Source of the DNA: Escherichia phage EC.P2
Reading direction: 5' to 3' (one strand)
Sequence record: PQ631072.1
DNA length: 64,000 nucleotides
In this document: positions 44,268 through 54,761 of the stretch, piece by piece
Position numbering within the stretch: the first letter of the stretch is position 1
Layout of the letters: every line of letters starts with the position of its first letter
Translations under genes and position numbers: made by a program
The notes under the pieces: model-generated
What the model was told of the DNA's origin: nothing
Database searches by the model: none
The model's input: only the letters and a program-made list of their open reading frames with translations

Positions 44268-44755
44268 TGAAATGTGAGATCAAACGTGGCGATGATATGT
44301 CGTTAGATGAATATTTTAGTAAAATGCTGGCTCTGGATAATATAGAAATAGATGCTGGTTTTCTTACTGCTGTTCGCCATCCAGAATCAGATCTCACTAT
44401 CCCTGCAATTGCTGCCATACAACAGTTTGGTAATGAAACAAACAATACTCCTGCACGTCCGTTTTTAACGGATGGTGCAGTCCACGCCAGCAAAGAAATA
44501 CCTAAACATTTTGATGAAGTGTTTAGAAATTATTTACTTCGTGGAAGGGGTTTAGCTGCCTTTGAACCTATTGCAAAAGTTTCACGAGAATCTATTGCTA
44601 AAGCGATTGCTCTGCAACGTTATAGACCACTATCTCCTGTGACTATTAAAATCCGTAGAGATAAAGGTAACTACTCTTCTCATATTCTTATTGATACTGG
44701 ACACTTAATTAACAATATTGAATCAGAAATCAAGAAGGGTCGTTCTAAAAAATAA
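44267..44755 (+). CDS. putative head completion / neck protein
   Basis: 162 aa, ATGA overlap with upstream gene. Confidence 0.4.
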   Translation: MKCEIKRGDDMSLDEYFSKMLALDNIEIDAGFLTAVRHPESDLTIPAIAAIQQFGNETNNTPARPFLTDGAVHASKEIPKHFDEVFRNYLLRGRGLAAFEPIAKVSRESIAKAIALQRYRPLSPVTIKIRRDKGNYSSHILIDTGHLINNIESEIKKGRSKK

Positions 44756-44799
44756 CTTGCAATAAGTCTGTTTTTGATGTATACTAAAAAGGAGATACA

Positions 44800-45216
44800 A
44801 TGCTATTAGACCAATTTACTCTCCTTGATCTTACAACGTATCAGGGTCGTAAAAGAACCTATGTTCAAGATCCTGATTCGCCAATTTCCAATATGGGTAA
44901 TACAGTAGCATACGAAGACTTTACAATAGAGGCTGCAAGTTTGCAACCAATATCAGGTAGAACACTTCAAGCACTGCCAGAAGGATACAGATCTAAGGCA
45001 CAATATAGCTTCTGGACAAAAACAGAAATCAGAGGCATTCAGCAAGGATCAGATCAATTATCTGACCAAATACTAATAGATGGACAATGGTTTTCCATTT
45101 ATTCTTTGAAAGACTGGACAAGAACATCTTTCTTAAGACACACACATTGTGTTGCTATTCTAGATGACCAGAATAACACCTATTCTTATTCTGAGGAGGG
45201 TGGTAATTTTGGCTAA
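44800..45216 (+). CDS. putative tail completion protein
   Basis: 138 aa, AAAGGAG RBS. Confidence 0.4.
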   Translation: MLLDQFTLLDLTTYQGRKRTYVQDPDSPISNMGNTVAYEDFTIEAASLQPISGRTLQALPEGYRSKAQYSFWTKTEIRGIQQGSDQLSDQILIDGQWFSIYSLKDWTRTSFLRHTHCVAILDDQNNTYSYSEEGGNFG

Positions 45217-45865
45217 TATTTACGAACAAATTGAATTGTATGAAAATACGATATTAATAAATATCGCTAAGTTCTTACAAAGACTCGTGGGGCTTCCGGT
45301 TTATGTTATGGATAAGCCATTTGTTAAACCAACAACCCCATATCTGACATTACGTATTGTATCATCTGATGATTCAGGTGGTTGGTCACAAAAATATTCT
45401 TTTAGTGAAGATGCGTTTTCATATCTAATGGACAATAAGTATGAAATAGAACTTATGGCTTTTAGAGGAAGACCAATGACACTTTTAAGTTATGTTCTTG
45501 CGGCACTTCGTGGTGCAGATGAATTAAAATACCAGTATCTTTATTCCAAAGGTATTAGCTTCTTGTCTGCAACAAATGTTGCACAGGCTAACACTGTTCT
45601 GGATGGAGATAAAACTGAACAAAGAGCGAGAATATTTCTTACATTCAATACTACGATGGTTATTGAGGATTTAGTAACTACCGAAATTGAAGCAATTAAT
45701 ATGAACATTCATTCGTTCAGAGATGATTACGATGATCCTACTCCAATAGATCTTCCTTTGGATAAGATTTACATTGTTGCTCACAGAAGTAAAACTTATT
45801 ACTTTACGACGACTGATGATGGATCATTAATTAAGTATATCCCAACGGATAATTCATTGGAATAA
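45207..45865 (+). CDS. putative tail terminator / sheath stabiliser
   Basis: Track ORF 45164..45865 trimmed to TTG 45207 after GAGGAGG; start uncertain. Confidence 0.4.
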
Positions 45866-45885
45866 AGTTTCTAACAGGAGCATAA

Positions 45886-47292
45886 ATGGCAACTTTTCGT
45901 GATAAGGTAGTTTCCGTAACCCTTACCTACGGTGCTACTTCAATTAGTGAAACACAGTTTGATATCCCTCTAATTCTTACAGGGCATAACGTTACTGGCA
46001 ATCTTGTAGATTATTTCACTTCTTCAGACGCACTTCTGCAAGCAGGTTTTGGCACTGCCGATCCAGCTTATAAAATGGCAAAACTACTATTTGACGGTCT
46101 GTTCGCACCAGAACAAGTTATCGTCGGTAAGCGTGATGTTTCTAAAACAACTCTAACTCCAGTAGTTGAAGATAGTGCAACTTACGTTATCACTATTAAA
46201 GCAAATTCAAAAAGCAAGGACTTCAAGTTTGTTGCCGATGATACTGCAACTGCTCAAGAGATTGTTGTTGGTTTAACAGAAATGATCAACGCAGACATGG
46301 TGTATAAAGAATTCTTCACTGTGTCAAACGATGGTAGTGTTATCACTGTAACCCCAGTTGCAGGTAAATACGCTACTATGGATAGTTCAGGATTCACAAC
46401 TAAAGTAGAATATGCAAATGATATCTTAGAAGATATTGCTAAAATTGCAGATTATGAAAACAGTTGGTTCTGGTTACTATCTGATTCTCACGCAGAACAA
46501 GATATTATCGATCTAGCAGGTTATGTAGAAGAGCACGATAAAGTGTATTTCTTCTCTACCTCGCAACCAGGTGTTCTAACTAAACAAGAAGATAACATTC
46601 TAGAACGCTTAGGTGATATGGGCTACAATAACACTTGTATGGCATTGTGGATGACTAACGCTGATACAGTGTTCCCAGAAGCTGCTGTAGTTGGTTCTAT
46701 CTGCTCTGCAACACCAGGTACTACTACCCTGCATGGTAAAACCCTTGTTGGTATCGAGATTGAAAAACTTGGTCAGACAGCAGAAAACTTTATCGTTCAA
46801 CAGAATGGTAATATTTACCGTAAAGAACACGGTGTTCTGTTCTACCGTGATGGTTTCATGGTTAGTGGTTTCTATGTTGACTATGTGGTACACGCTCTGT
46901 GGTTCAAAGCTCGTGTAGAAGAATCTCTGTTCGCTCTATTTAAACAGCAATCTATGCTTGGTAGTGGTGTTAGAGCAACTTCTGCTGGTCTTGCTTTGAT
47001 TCGTCAGGCTGTTACTGCAAACCCAATCCAAGTAGGTATTAACAATGGTTCTATTGCCAATGAGGTAGTAACTTCAGAGGAAACAGGACTTCTGGTAAGC
47101 CTTAAACCTACTATCTATATCCCATCTCGTGCAGATATGACTGATGCTCAAATCAATGCACGTTTGGTTGATGGTATGGTTATTGAATACGTATATGCTG
47201 GATTCTTCCACTATGTTAAAGTGCAGGTAAACGTTCTGACGAACCGCACTGCAAATAGCCAGAATTCCAATAGCTCTACTGTATCTTCATAA
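45886..47292 (+). CDS. tail sheath protein
   Basis: 468 aa, immediately upstream of tube gene, followed by hairpin; size and position typical of contractile sheath. Confidence 0.6.
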   Translation: MATFRDKVVSVTLTYGATSISETQFDIPLILTGHNVTGNLVDYFTSSDALLQAGFGTADPAYKMAKLLFDGLFAPEQVIVGKRDVSKTTLTPVVEDSATYVITIKANSKSKDFKFVADDTATAQEIVVGLTEMINADMVYKEFFTVSNDGSVITVTPVAGKYATMDSSGFTTKVEYANDILEDIAKIADYENSWFWLLSDSHAEQDIIDLAGYVEEHDKVYFFSTSQPGVLTKQEDNILERLGDMGYNNTCMALWMTNADTVFPEAAVVGSICSATPGTTTLHGKTLVGIEIEKLGQTAENFIVQQNGNIYRKEHGVLFYRDGFMVSGFYVDYVVHALWFKARVEESLFALFKQQSMLGSGVRATSAGLALIRQAVTANPIQVGINNGSIANEVVTSEETGLLVSLKPTIYIPSRADMTDAQINARLVDGMVIEYVYAGFFHYVKVQVNVLTNRTANSQNSNSSTVSS

Positions 47293-47300
47293 TTAAAAGC

Positions 47301-47318
47301 AGCGGGGGAAACCCCGCT
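47301..47318 (+). terminator. stem-loop after sheath gene (attenuator-type)
   Basis: AGCGGGG-GAAA-CCCCGCT perfect hairpin, weak T-run. Confidence 0.4.
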
Positions 47319-47350
47319 TATATGAAAAGTAGTATAAAAGGAGATCCACT

Positions 47351-47830
47351 TTGGATAAAATGCTTACTGGCGTAATGGCCTATGATCCTTCTCAAGTAAT
47401 CCTGTCTTTGGGTGGTTGGGAACCTTGGGGTTTCGCCGCAGATACCAAAATTGTTATTAACAAAACTAACGATATCATCAACCCATATTCAGGTACTGAT
47501 GGTGACGTTTCCTTGGCGCTTAGTCGTAACCGTTTAGGTACGCTAACAATGTCACTGCAACGTACTTCCCCAGCAAACGAAGTTCTTGCTGCTTATGCAC
47601 AAACGATGTATTCTACTCGTCAAGTAGCATTTAGCGTATATCTAGAAGACCCTCGCGGATATTATATCAGCACAATTGGTTGGATTCAAAGCCAACCGGA
47701 CGATACTATTGGTGAAACTATTCAAGAAAACCAATGGGTAATTGGTCTTAAAGATGCAAGCCTACTTCGTTCTACTGTAGGTGTTGGTGTTAACGCACTT
47801 AACTCTATTAGTGCTCTAACTATTCAGTAA
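47351..47830 (+). CDS. tail tube protein
   Basis: 159 aa, TTG start after AAAGGAGA, between sheath and chaperone genes. Confidence 0.55.
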   Translation: MDKMLTGVMAYDPSQVILSLGGWEPWGFAADTKIVINKTNDIINPYSGTDGDVSLALSRNRLGTLTMSLQRTSPANEVLAAYAQTMYSTRQVAFSVYLEDPRGYYISTIGWIQSQPDDTIGETIQENQWVIGLKDASLLRSTVGVGVNALNSISALTIQ

Positions 47831-47832
47831 TA

Positions 47833-47862
47833 AAAAGGGCAGAAATGCCCTTTATTTTTAAA
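47833..47862 (+). terminator. rho-independent terminator after tube gene
   Basis: AGGGCA-GAAA-TGCCCT hairpin followed by TTATTTTTAA. Confidence 0.65.
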
Positions 47863-47875
47863 GAGAGAGGAAATA

Positions 47876-48358
47876 ATGGAACAACAAAAAGATAATACTA
47901 TTGCAAAATTTGCTCGTCCAGAAGTAATGGTTGAAATTGATCTGGATGAAGGACGCAGTGTAAAATTTAGAGTTCTCAAGTGGAGTCCAACTAAAGTTTT
48001 TGAAAGGATTCCAGAACTAGGTAGTGTACTAGCTGTTCCTATGACAATGTATAATACTGCTCTTATGTCAGCAGATGAAGATCTAGAAGCTCGTATTGCT
48101 ATGGCGCTGATCCAGTTATTCAGTGGTCTGGAAGAAAAAAACTTAGCCGCATTCTTACGTAAAATTTTAGATGAAGTTTACACAGAAGCAGGACACAGTG
48201 TTTCCGATAATTTTGATGAATTGTTTTTTGCTCACCCAGAATTAGTTGTTGACTTAGCTGCAAAAGTTCTTGAGGTGAACTATGCCCCTTTTTTCAAACG
48301 AGGTTTCGGAAAACTGTTGACCCAATTTCAAGGAATAGAGACTCTAGCGAAGAGTTAA
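47876..48358 (+). CDS. tail assembly chaperone (short form)
   Basis: 160 aa acidic protein directly upstream of tape measure; contains slippery heptamer near 3' end. Confidence 0.6.
   Translation: MEQQKDNTIAKFARPEVMVEIDLDEGRSVKFRVLKWSPTKVFERIPELGSVLAVPMTMYNTALMSADEDLEARIAMALIQLFSGLEEKNLAAFLRKILDEVYTEAGHSVSDNFDELFFAHPELVVDLAAKVLEVNYAPFFKRGFGKLLTQFQGIETLAKS
48289..48295 (+). other. programmed -1 ribosomal frameshift site (T_TTT_TTC)
   Basis: Heptamer TTTTTTC in X_XXY_YYZ register of the chaperone frame; the -1 frame is open from here through ORF 48406..48633. Confidence 0.55.
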
Positions 48359-48405
48359 GTCCGGCAATTAAATCAGCAATTGAAATTGCCTCACAAACCC
48401 TTAGC

Positions 48406-48633
48406 TTGACATGGTATGAAGTAATTCTTTGTAAGGTAATTAAGAATACCTCCGAAACCTTGTCCTCGTTAGATAATTATGGTGTAGATTATCTACTTAA
48501 AATTTATGAATATTTAACATTCGAAGATTATGTACAAGATCTTCACGTTAAAGATGCGGATATTAAACGTGGTCAACAGAGAACAATAAGAGAACTGGAT
48601 ACGGCTATGAAAAAATTAATTCCAGATTCATAA
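48406..48633 (+). CDS. tail assembly chaperone frameshift extension
   Basis: ORF in -1 frame relative to 47876..48358, no independent RBS, ends just before tape measure gene. Confidence 0.5.
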   Translation: MTWYEVILCKVIKNTSETLSSLDNYGVDYLLKIYEYLTFEDYVQDLHVKDADIKRGQQRTIRELDTAMKKLIPDS

Positions 48634-48652
48634 GTAATACGGAGGATTACCC

Positions 48653-50632
48653 TTGTTAGAAATTAACACTTCCAAGATTAAGAATACAGTAACGTTTACT
48701 GTAGATAAAGACAGTTTAAAAAATACTAAAGACGCAATTAAAAACCTTAAAACTTTTACAGAATCTATTGAACCATCTTTAAATATGACTAAAATGCGTC
48801 GTCAGTTTAAAAGTATGGAAGAGTATGCTAAAAGAATAAGGCAGCAAATGTCAGGTCTTGGCGGCGGTAATCCTCCACCAATCCCACCAACCGGAGGTTC
48901 AAGTGGTGGTGGAAAAGGAGGAAGTGGTAGAGGTGGTTCTGGATCTTCTGGAGGACGTAAAACACCAGAAGAAAGAGCCGCAGAAGCCGCCGCTAAACGT
49001 GCAGCACTTGCTAATATGAAGCAAGACGATTTTAGTTTTAAAGCTATGCCTTTTACAAAAGCAGACAGCAGAATTCTAGAAAAATCTAAAAAGATTGTAG
49101 AAGAAACTGTTGAACTTTATCGTAAAGGTGTAATCACTAGCCAACAAATGAATAACACTTTGGCTAGACAGTTAGAAGAACTACGCAGATCTCATAGAGA
49201 GAAGAATGCACAACTTCTTGATGAAGAGAGAGCTAGACGTAGAATTGCCCGTCTGCAAGAAGCAGAAGATAAAAGAAGACAGCGTATCCGAGAAAGAGAA
49301 AGAAAGGATTTCGAACGTCAGCAAAGAAGAGAGAAAGAAGCAAGACAACGAGATAGACAACGTAAACTATCTGGTGTAGGTAATGCTGCTATTGCTCTTA
49401 ACCCTGCTATGTTTGGTGCTGCTCTTTTAGGTGCTGGTTTATATCAAGGTATAAGCAAAATAGCTGAAAATATTACAGCGGCGGCAGAACGTATTAATAT
49501 GGTTAGTAAAGGTGGTCAGAACGTACAGGTAAACCCTAACGCAATTTTAACAATGCGTACTTGGGGTGAAATGAACGGTGTAGACTCTGCCAGCATTATT
49601 AAAGCCATTGACAATATTAAAGACGTTCGTGAACGTTTAGGTAATACTGTACTCCACTCTGAATTTGATGAAAAATCAGGTAAATGGAAAGGTGGAGACA
49701 GTGGTATTAATGAAATCATGAACCAATTTGGTTGGTCGAAAGAAGATGTTGCTAAATTCCAGAACAGACCTCTAGACTTTGTTCAAGCACTTGTTAATGA
49801 AGGTCAAAAAAGAGGAATGAACTCCGCGCAAATTGGTCGTTTGATGGAAAACCTTGGTGATGACTTAATGCACTACCAACGTATGTTTTTGGATAACGGT
49901 AAAGAGTACATGAAAGTCTTGGATATGTTAAAAAATTCAGGAGCAACTCTTAACGATGAAAACATCAAAGCAGCACAAGATTTTGTTAAACTAAGAGCAC
50001 AAATTAGTGCAGCAGGAGAAGGTTTTACCAATAACTTACTTGTAGGGTTTATGGATGGTTTAAAATCTGCACCAGATTTTGCAGAAAATATGAAAACTTT
50101 CCAAGAAGCTGCTCGTGGTCTTGGTGAAATGTCTGGTAGTATTGTAAGTAGCCTTGCAAAAATTGCGAAATATTTCCTTGATTTTTCAAATAAGGTTGGG
50201 CCAAAAAACAATACTAAAGAAGCTGTAAGAGATTATTATAATGGTACGCAGTATGGGTACGATGCACAGGTTGGTGGTAATCCTTGGGCTTATTGGCCTA
50301 TTGGAAGAGATCAATATAAACCTGAAAATCAACCTTTAGGTGACTTTGATAGTAGTTTCTTAACTAGCGCCTTAAATCCAAGTGCTTCTAGTATTGGTTA
50401 CAATAGACCTGATTTAACAGCATCTATGCTAACACCACGCCAAGGTGTTCCAGTACCGTTAAGTCTAGAGAATACGGTTGTTATCCCAGACAACGCATTC
50501 CAGATTAATGTTATTCCAGATGGTTATGGTTTTAGTAATTATCTAGATGCGACAATGAATACCAGTTTTAGTAACTTCTCACAAGGTTTAACTCTTCAGT
50601 TAAGTAGTGGACAATCTTCTACTGGTGGTTAA
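48653..50632 (+). CDS. tail tape measure protein
   Basis: 659 aa, TTG start; Gly-rich linker GGGNPPPIPPTGGSSGGGKGGSGRGGSGSSGG, coiled-coil Arg/Glu-rich region, position after chaperone pair. Confidence 0.7.
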   Translation: MLEINTSKIKNTVTFTVDKDSLKNTKDAIKNLKTFTESIEPSLNMTKMRRQFKSMEEYAKRIRQQMSGLGGGNPPPIPPTGGSSGGGKGGSGRGGSGSSGGRKTPEERAAEAAAKRAALANMKQDDFSFKAMPFTKADSRILEKSKKIVEETVELYRKGVITSQQMNNTLARQLEELRRSHREKNAQLLDEERARRRIARLQEAEDKRRQRIRERERKDFERQQRREKEARQRDRQRKLSGVGNAAIALNPAMFGAALLGAGLYQGISKIAENITAAAERINMVSKGGQNVQVNPNAILTMRTWGEMNGVDSASIIKAIDNIKDVRERLGNTVLHSEFDEKSGKWKGGDSGINEIMNQFGWSKEDVAKFQNRPLDFVQALVNEGQKRGMNSAQIGRLMENLGDDLMHYQRMFLDNGKEYMKVLDMLKNSGATLNDENIKAAQDFVKLRAQISAAGEGFTNNLLVGFMDGLKSAPDFAENMKTFQEAARGLGEMSGSIVSSLAKIAKYFLDFSNKVGPKNNTKEAVRDYYNGTQYGYDAQVGGNPWAYWPIGRDQYKPENQPLGDFDSSFLTSALNPSASSIGYNRPDLTASMLTPRQGVPVPLSLENTVVIPDNAFQINVIPDGYGFSNYLDATMNTSFSNFSQGLTLQLSSGQSSTGG

Positions 50633-50637
50633 TGCAT

Positions 50638-50668
50638 AAAGCCTCGCTTCGGCGGGGCTTTTTATTTG
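50638..50668 (+). terminator. rho-independent terminator after tape measure
   Basis: GCCTCGC-TTCG-GCGGGGC hairpin followed by TTTTTATTT. Confidence 0.7.
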
Positions 50669-50670
50669 TC

Positions 50671-50700
50671 TTGACAAAGAGTTGTTTTTCGTGATAAAAT
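50671..50700 (+). promoter_or_regulatory. sigma70-type promoter (TTGACA-18-TAAAAT)
   Basis: TTGACA 50671-50676, TAAAAT 50695-50700. Confidence 0.55.
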
Positions 50701-50747
50701 GAGTGATAAGGGAGAATGTTTCTTATCACATTAAGAGGTAAAATTAT

Positions 50748-51458
50748 ATGGCAGCAAACACTCCAGAACAACACGTTCAAGCGGTTTATAAAGCGGAACA
50801 AGATATAAACTCTACAAAAAACACAAATAACTCTGCCTCTACTGTGAAAGGGGAGAATGGTTTTTGTATTTTAGCAAGTGTTTACAATAGTGCAAGTGAT
50901 CAATATATTCAAAACTACCAGGCTATAGTTTTTGATGCTGTTCCAAATATCGGTGTAAAACGTCAAGCAGATGTAACTAGTTATCCTGTAGAAAATGGTG
51001 CTAATGTATCGGATCACGTTCAAGTTAAGAATAATACTTTCTCTTTATCAGGAATGATTACAGAGACACCTGTAAGATTAATGCGAGATATGCTATATAG
51101 TGCTGGTGTTAACGGTACTCGTATCAGTCAAGCAATTACTTACTTAGATAAAATATTTGATGAAAGACAGCCTATCATTTTAATAACAGAACATAAGGTG
51201 TATGAGAATGTTATTTTGAAAGGCATATCATATGAATATCAAACAGAATATGCAATGCAATTTGACTTGGAATTTGAACAAGTAAGATTAGTTTCCTACG
51301 GGGAAACAAATGCTATTGCACTTAAGACAAAACCAAATAAGAATACAGGTGTTAAAAACAAGAAAGGTACTAGTCCAGATGCTGATTTGGATGCAAGAAC
51401 AGGGAAAGCAACTGGTACAGAACATCTTAGTGATCACAGTGCAGATGGTAAAAAATAA
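50748..51458 (+). CDS. tail/baseplate protein (236 aa)
   Basis: ORF with AAGAGG RBS downstream of tape measure. Confidence 0.45.
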   Translation: MAANTPEQHVQAVYKAEQDINSTKNTNNSASTVKGENGFCILASVYNSASDQYIQNYQAIVFDAVPNIGVKRQADVTSYPVENGANVSDHVQVKNNTFSLSGMITETPVRLMRDMLYSAGVNGTRISQAITYLDKIFDERQPIILITEHKVYENVILKGISYEYQTEYAMQFDLEFEQVRLVSYGETNAIALKTKPNKNTGVKNKKGTSPDADLDARTGKATGTEHLSDHSADGKK

Positions 51459-51469
51459 GGAGAAAATTT

Positions 51470-51889
51470 TTGGCTATTTCATCTTATTCAAAGATCAGTA
51501 GAAGCACATCTAATAGTGGCTACAATGCAGTATTTATTGATCGAAATTTAGGTTATTATTCTTGGTACTTACCTACAGAACAGTACCCAGACCAAACATA
51601 TACGGTAACTCTCGATGGAGTAGATTATGATATACGTTTGAGATGGAATACAAGAGATCAAGCGTGGCAAATGCAATTAGGATTATCAGGAGACAACCCT
51701 AGTGTAACTTTTAAAGTAACCAATGGTTTAGATCTTCTAGAACCATATAAGTATATAGAATCTGTGCCGGATGGTCAACTCTATTTGGTAGATACTGTTA
51801 AAATAAACGGTAGACCTAATTACTATGACACAGGTGTAGATAAAAGATTTGCTTTGGTTTATATCGACGCTCTTCCATATCAAGCATGA
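51470..51889 (+). CDS. tail/baseplate protein (139 aa)
   Basis: TTG start after AAGGAG. Confidence 0.45.
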   Translation: MAISSYSKISRSTSNSGYNAVFIDRNLGYYSWYLPTEQYPDQTYTVTLDGVDYDIRLRWNTRDQAWQMQLGLSGDNPSVTFKVTNGLDLLEPYKYIESVPDGQLYLVDTVKINGRPNYYDTGVDKRFALVYIDALPYQA

Positions 51890-51905
51890 TAAAAGGAGTT
51901 TTTAA

Positions 51906-52916
51906 ATGGCAGAAGAAAGAAATTATACAAAAGCTCCTGCACCCAATCTAAACAGAGCATACAAACTGTTAATAGGTACAGCTACTAATACTAAAGAAAA
52001 AAGGACAAAAAATTCCTCTTTCAAATCTACAGTAGACTTAGATACTAAACTAGGGGATGCTAAAAAATCAACCCCTAATTTGTATGTTATTACGGAGCAC
52101 CAAATATCTTTCACAATAAGAAAAGATAATAATAAAGATCCTAATCAAGCCGAGATAACTATTTATAACCTAAGTGATGATACTGTTAACTATATTAACA
52201 AGGGTATTCGTAACAACTTGGCTGTTGCTTTAGCGGTAGGTTATGAAGGTCAAGAGTTAATTATGATCTTTAAGGGAACGGTGCAATGGGTGAGTGATAC
52301 CTTTAACAATACAGACAGACGTACAGTGTTACATTGTCTGGATGGTGGTATTAACATCTCCGAAGCAAGGACAAGCAGAAGTTATCCGAAAGGTACAAAA
52401 GTAAGTAAGGTTGTTAAAGATTTAGTTAAAGATTTAGGTACTACAGAAGGTAATATTCACGTAGATACAGAGAAAACTTTATCATCTGCAACAGCTATGT
52501 GTGGGAACACATCACATTACTTAGAAAGTATCTGTAAAGGTATTGATCATAATGTGTCAATACAAGACGGATCTGTTTACGTGACACCAAGATCACAAAT
52601 GTCTAGTGCAAGATGTGCATATATTAGCGCAGAAACAGGTTTAATTGGTAGTCCAGAACCTTTCCACAATGATATTAAACCGACACAAAAAGTAACCAAA
52701 TCTTCTAAGAAAGCTAAAAAGCCTACAGATGGTGTTAAGTTCAGATGTGAAATGAACGGTGCTATCTTACCAGAAAAAACTGTTTGGCTCAAGAGCCATA
52801 ACTACGATGGTGGTTTTAAGGTAGTATCTGTTGTTCATACAGGAGATAGGGAAGGTAAAGACTGGACAACTGAAGTAGAGTCTGTATCTGTATCTGCAAT
52901 TATTAAGAAGGGCTAG
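51906..52916 (+). CDS. putative baseplate hub protein (336 aa)
   Basis: ORF with AAAGGAG RBS; position between tape measure and spike. Confidence 0.4.
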   Translation: MAEERNYTKAPAPNLNRAYKLLIGTATNTKEKRTKNSSFKSTVDLDTKLGDAKKSTPNLYVITEHQISFTIRKDNNKDPNQAEITIYNLSDDTVNYINKGIRNNLAVALAVGYEGQELIMIFKGTVQWVSDTFNNTDRRTVLHCLDGGINISEARTSRSYPKGTKVSKVVKDLVKDLGTTEGNIHVDTEKTLSSATAMCGNTSHYLESICKGIDHNVSIQDGSVYVTPRSQMSSARCAYISAETGLIGSPEPFHNDIKPTQKVTKSSKKAKKPTDGVKFRCEMNGAILPEKTVWLKSHNYDGGFKVVSVVHTGDREGKDWTTEVESVSVSAIIKKG

Positions 52917-52918
52917 AA

Positions 52919-53656
52919 ATGGATGCTTTAAATTTTGTAACAGCAATCCGTGGATTAATCAACGAGCAAGTTGCGGAAGTACATACATCTTTACCTGTAA
53001 GGGTAATTGGTGTAGATTATGGATCTAAGACAGTAACTTTAGAATCTATCGTAAAAAATACCAGATCTACTGAAGATGAAATAGATTACCCAACATTCCA
53101 CGATGTTCCTTTTATGGTAAATGGTGGTGGTACAGGTAGAATTTCATTTCCAATCAAAGCAGGAGATATTGGTGTTGTTGTCTTTTCAGAAAGAGATCCG
53201 TCGAATGCCTTCCAGACAGACGGAGATACAGCCAGTAGCGGAACATTAATTCAACCTTGTGGTTTGTATCCAGCCTGTTTTATTCCTAAGATAGCAACAG
53301 CTACAGATTCTTCTGAAGAAGTAGATTCTGAAAAAGTTGTTATCTCAAATAATAAGCAAACTTACGCTTCGTTTGATCCTAACGGTAACATATCTGTGTA
53401 CAACACACAAGGTATGAAAATAGATATGACACCAAACAGTATCGTTCTTACTGATGCAGGAGGAGGAAAACTTACACTGCAAGGTGGGACTATGACATAT
53501 AAAGGTGGTACTGTAAATTTAAACGGTTTAACAATCACACCTGACGGTCGTATGAAAGATAGTGGTGGCATTGGTTTACACACACATACACACCCTGTAC
53601 GCGGTGTTGAAACTGGTGGTAGCACTGTTACTTCCGACAAACCAAATGGAGGTTAA
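52919..53656 (+). CDS. baseplate central spike protein (gpV/gp5-like)
   Basis: 245 aa; Gly-rich beta-type C-terminal region ending in HTHTHP, resembling the metal-binding His apex of cell-puncturing spikes. Confidence 0.5.
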   Translation: MDALNFVTAIRGLINEQVAEVHTSLPVRVIGVDYGSKTVTLESIVKNTRSTEDEIDYPTFHDVPFMVNGGGTGRISFPIKAGDIGVVVFSERDPSNAFQTDGDTASSGTLIQPCGLYPACFIPKIATATDSSEEVDSEKVVISNNKQTYASFDPNGNISVYNTQGMKIDMTPNSIVLTDAGGGKLTLQGGTMTYKGGTVNLNGLTITPDGRMKDSGGIGLHTHTHPVRGVETGGSTVTSDKPNGG

Positions 53657-53659
53657 CAG

Positions 53660-54295
53660 ATGGGAATACCATTTGATTTAAAACTTGATGGTTCTAACGA
53701 TTTAGTAATGGTGGATGGTGATTTAACACTAACCACAACTAAAAGTGAAATTGCAGCACAGACGCTTGGAATAACACTTAGAACTTTCCGTGGAGAATGG
53801 TTCCTCAATTCTAATTTTGGGGTTCCATATCTGCAAGAGATTATTGGTGTTGCCAAGAAGAAAGAGATTGTTGATCGCATTTTCTTATCAACTATCGCAA
53901 GTAATGTTTATATAGATAATATCAATTCCTATACATCCTCTTATGATAGAGATGATAGGTATTACTCAATGAACGTTACTGTTACAGTTGGTGAACAAGT
54001 TGTTAGTGCACTGTTCAGTACGCAGCCGTCTGAAGAATATATCTATCCAGAAGCTGGTGATGATAATGCAGCAATCACTTGTGAAGCATTTGAAATTGTT
54101 GAATCTGCAAATAGACTCTATCGCTTTATTAACATTGTTGGTCTTCCGAAAGATACTTATTCTACTTGGTGGAATGAGTGGTCTAACGAGGCATTGCTTG
54201 AAAAATACCTTGTTAACGAAGCCAATAAAGGTCTTGCAACCAATTACAACTATGCTATAACAGCAACAATGGGAGCTACAAATAATAATGGCTGA
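53660..54295 (+). CDS. baseplate protein (211 aa)
   Basis: ORF translationally coupled to spike gene. Confidence 0.4.
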   Translation: MGIPFDLKLDGSNDLVMVDGDLTLTTTKSEIAAQTLGITLRTFRGEWFLNSNFGVPYLQEIIGVAKKKEIVDRIFLSTIASNVYIDNINSYTSSYDRDDRYYSMNVTVTVGEQVVSALFSTQPSEEYIYPEAGDDNAAITCEAFEIVESANRLYRFINIVGLPKDTYSTWWNEWSNEALLEKYLVNEANKGLATNYNYAITATMGATNNNG

Positions 54296-54761
54296 TTTAA
54301 CTACAATCAAGGTGTCTGATCTACCTGTAACAACATCTGTTTCAGACACAGATTATTTTGTAACAGATCAATCAGGCATCACTAAGAAAACATCATTACG
54401 TGTTCTTCTTGCGGGTGCTGGTGTTACACGAAATCGTCTTTCTGCAAGGGGTACTGTCACAAATACCCTAGCTTTAGATATTAGCACGGCAGAGTATTTC
54501 TCTGCCACTTTATCTAGTCCAACTTGCAGTATTTCATTTAGTAATGTTCCAGTTACAACTAACATTGTTCAAAACTTTACCCTATCTCTACGTCAAGGTA
54601 GTGGAGCAAATAAAGTAACGTGGCCTCAATCTGTTAAATGGAGTTTTGGTCGCGCTCCTGTTTTGAGTTATAAACAGGGAGCTACAGATATTTTTGAATT
54701 TGTTAGTTATGATAATGGAGCTACCTGGATAGGTAGTTTAGTGATGGCAGGAGTGATTTAA
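54288..54761 (+). CDS. baseplate/tail protein (157 aa)
   Basis: ORF overlapping neighbours by a few nt. Confidence 0.4.
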   Translation: MADLTTIKVSDLPVTTSVSDTDYFVTDQSGITKKTSLRVLLAGAGVTRNRLSARGTVTNTLALDISTAEYFSATLSSPTCSISFSNVPVTTNIVQNFTLSLRQGSGANKVTWPQSVKWSFGRAPVLSYKQGATDIFEFVSYDNGATWIGSLVMAGVI

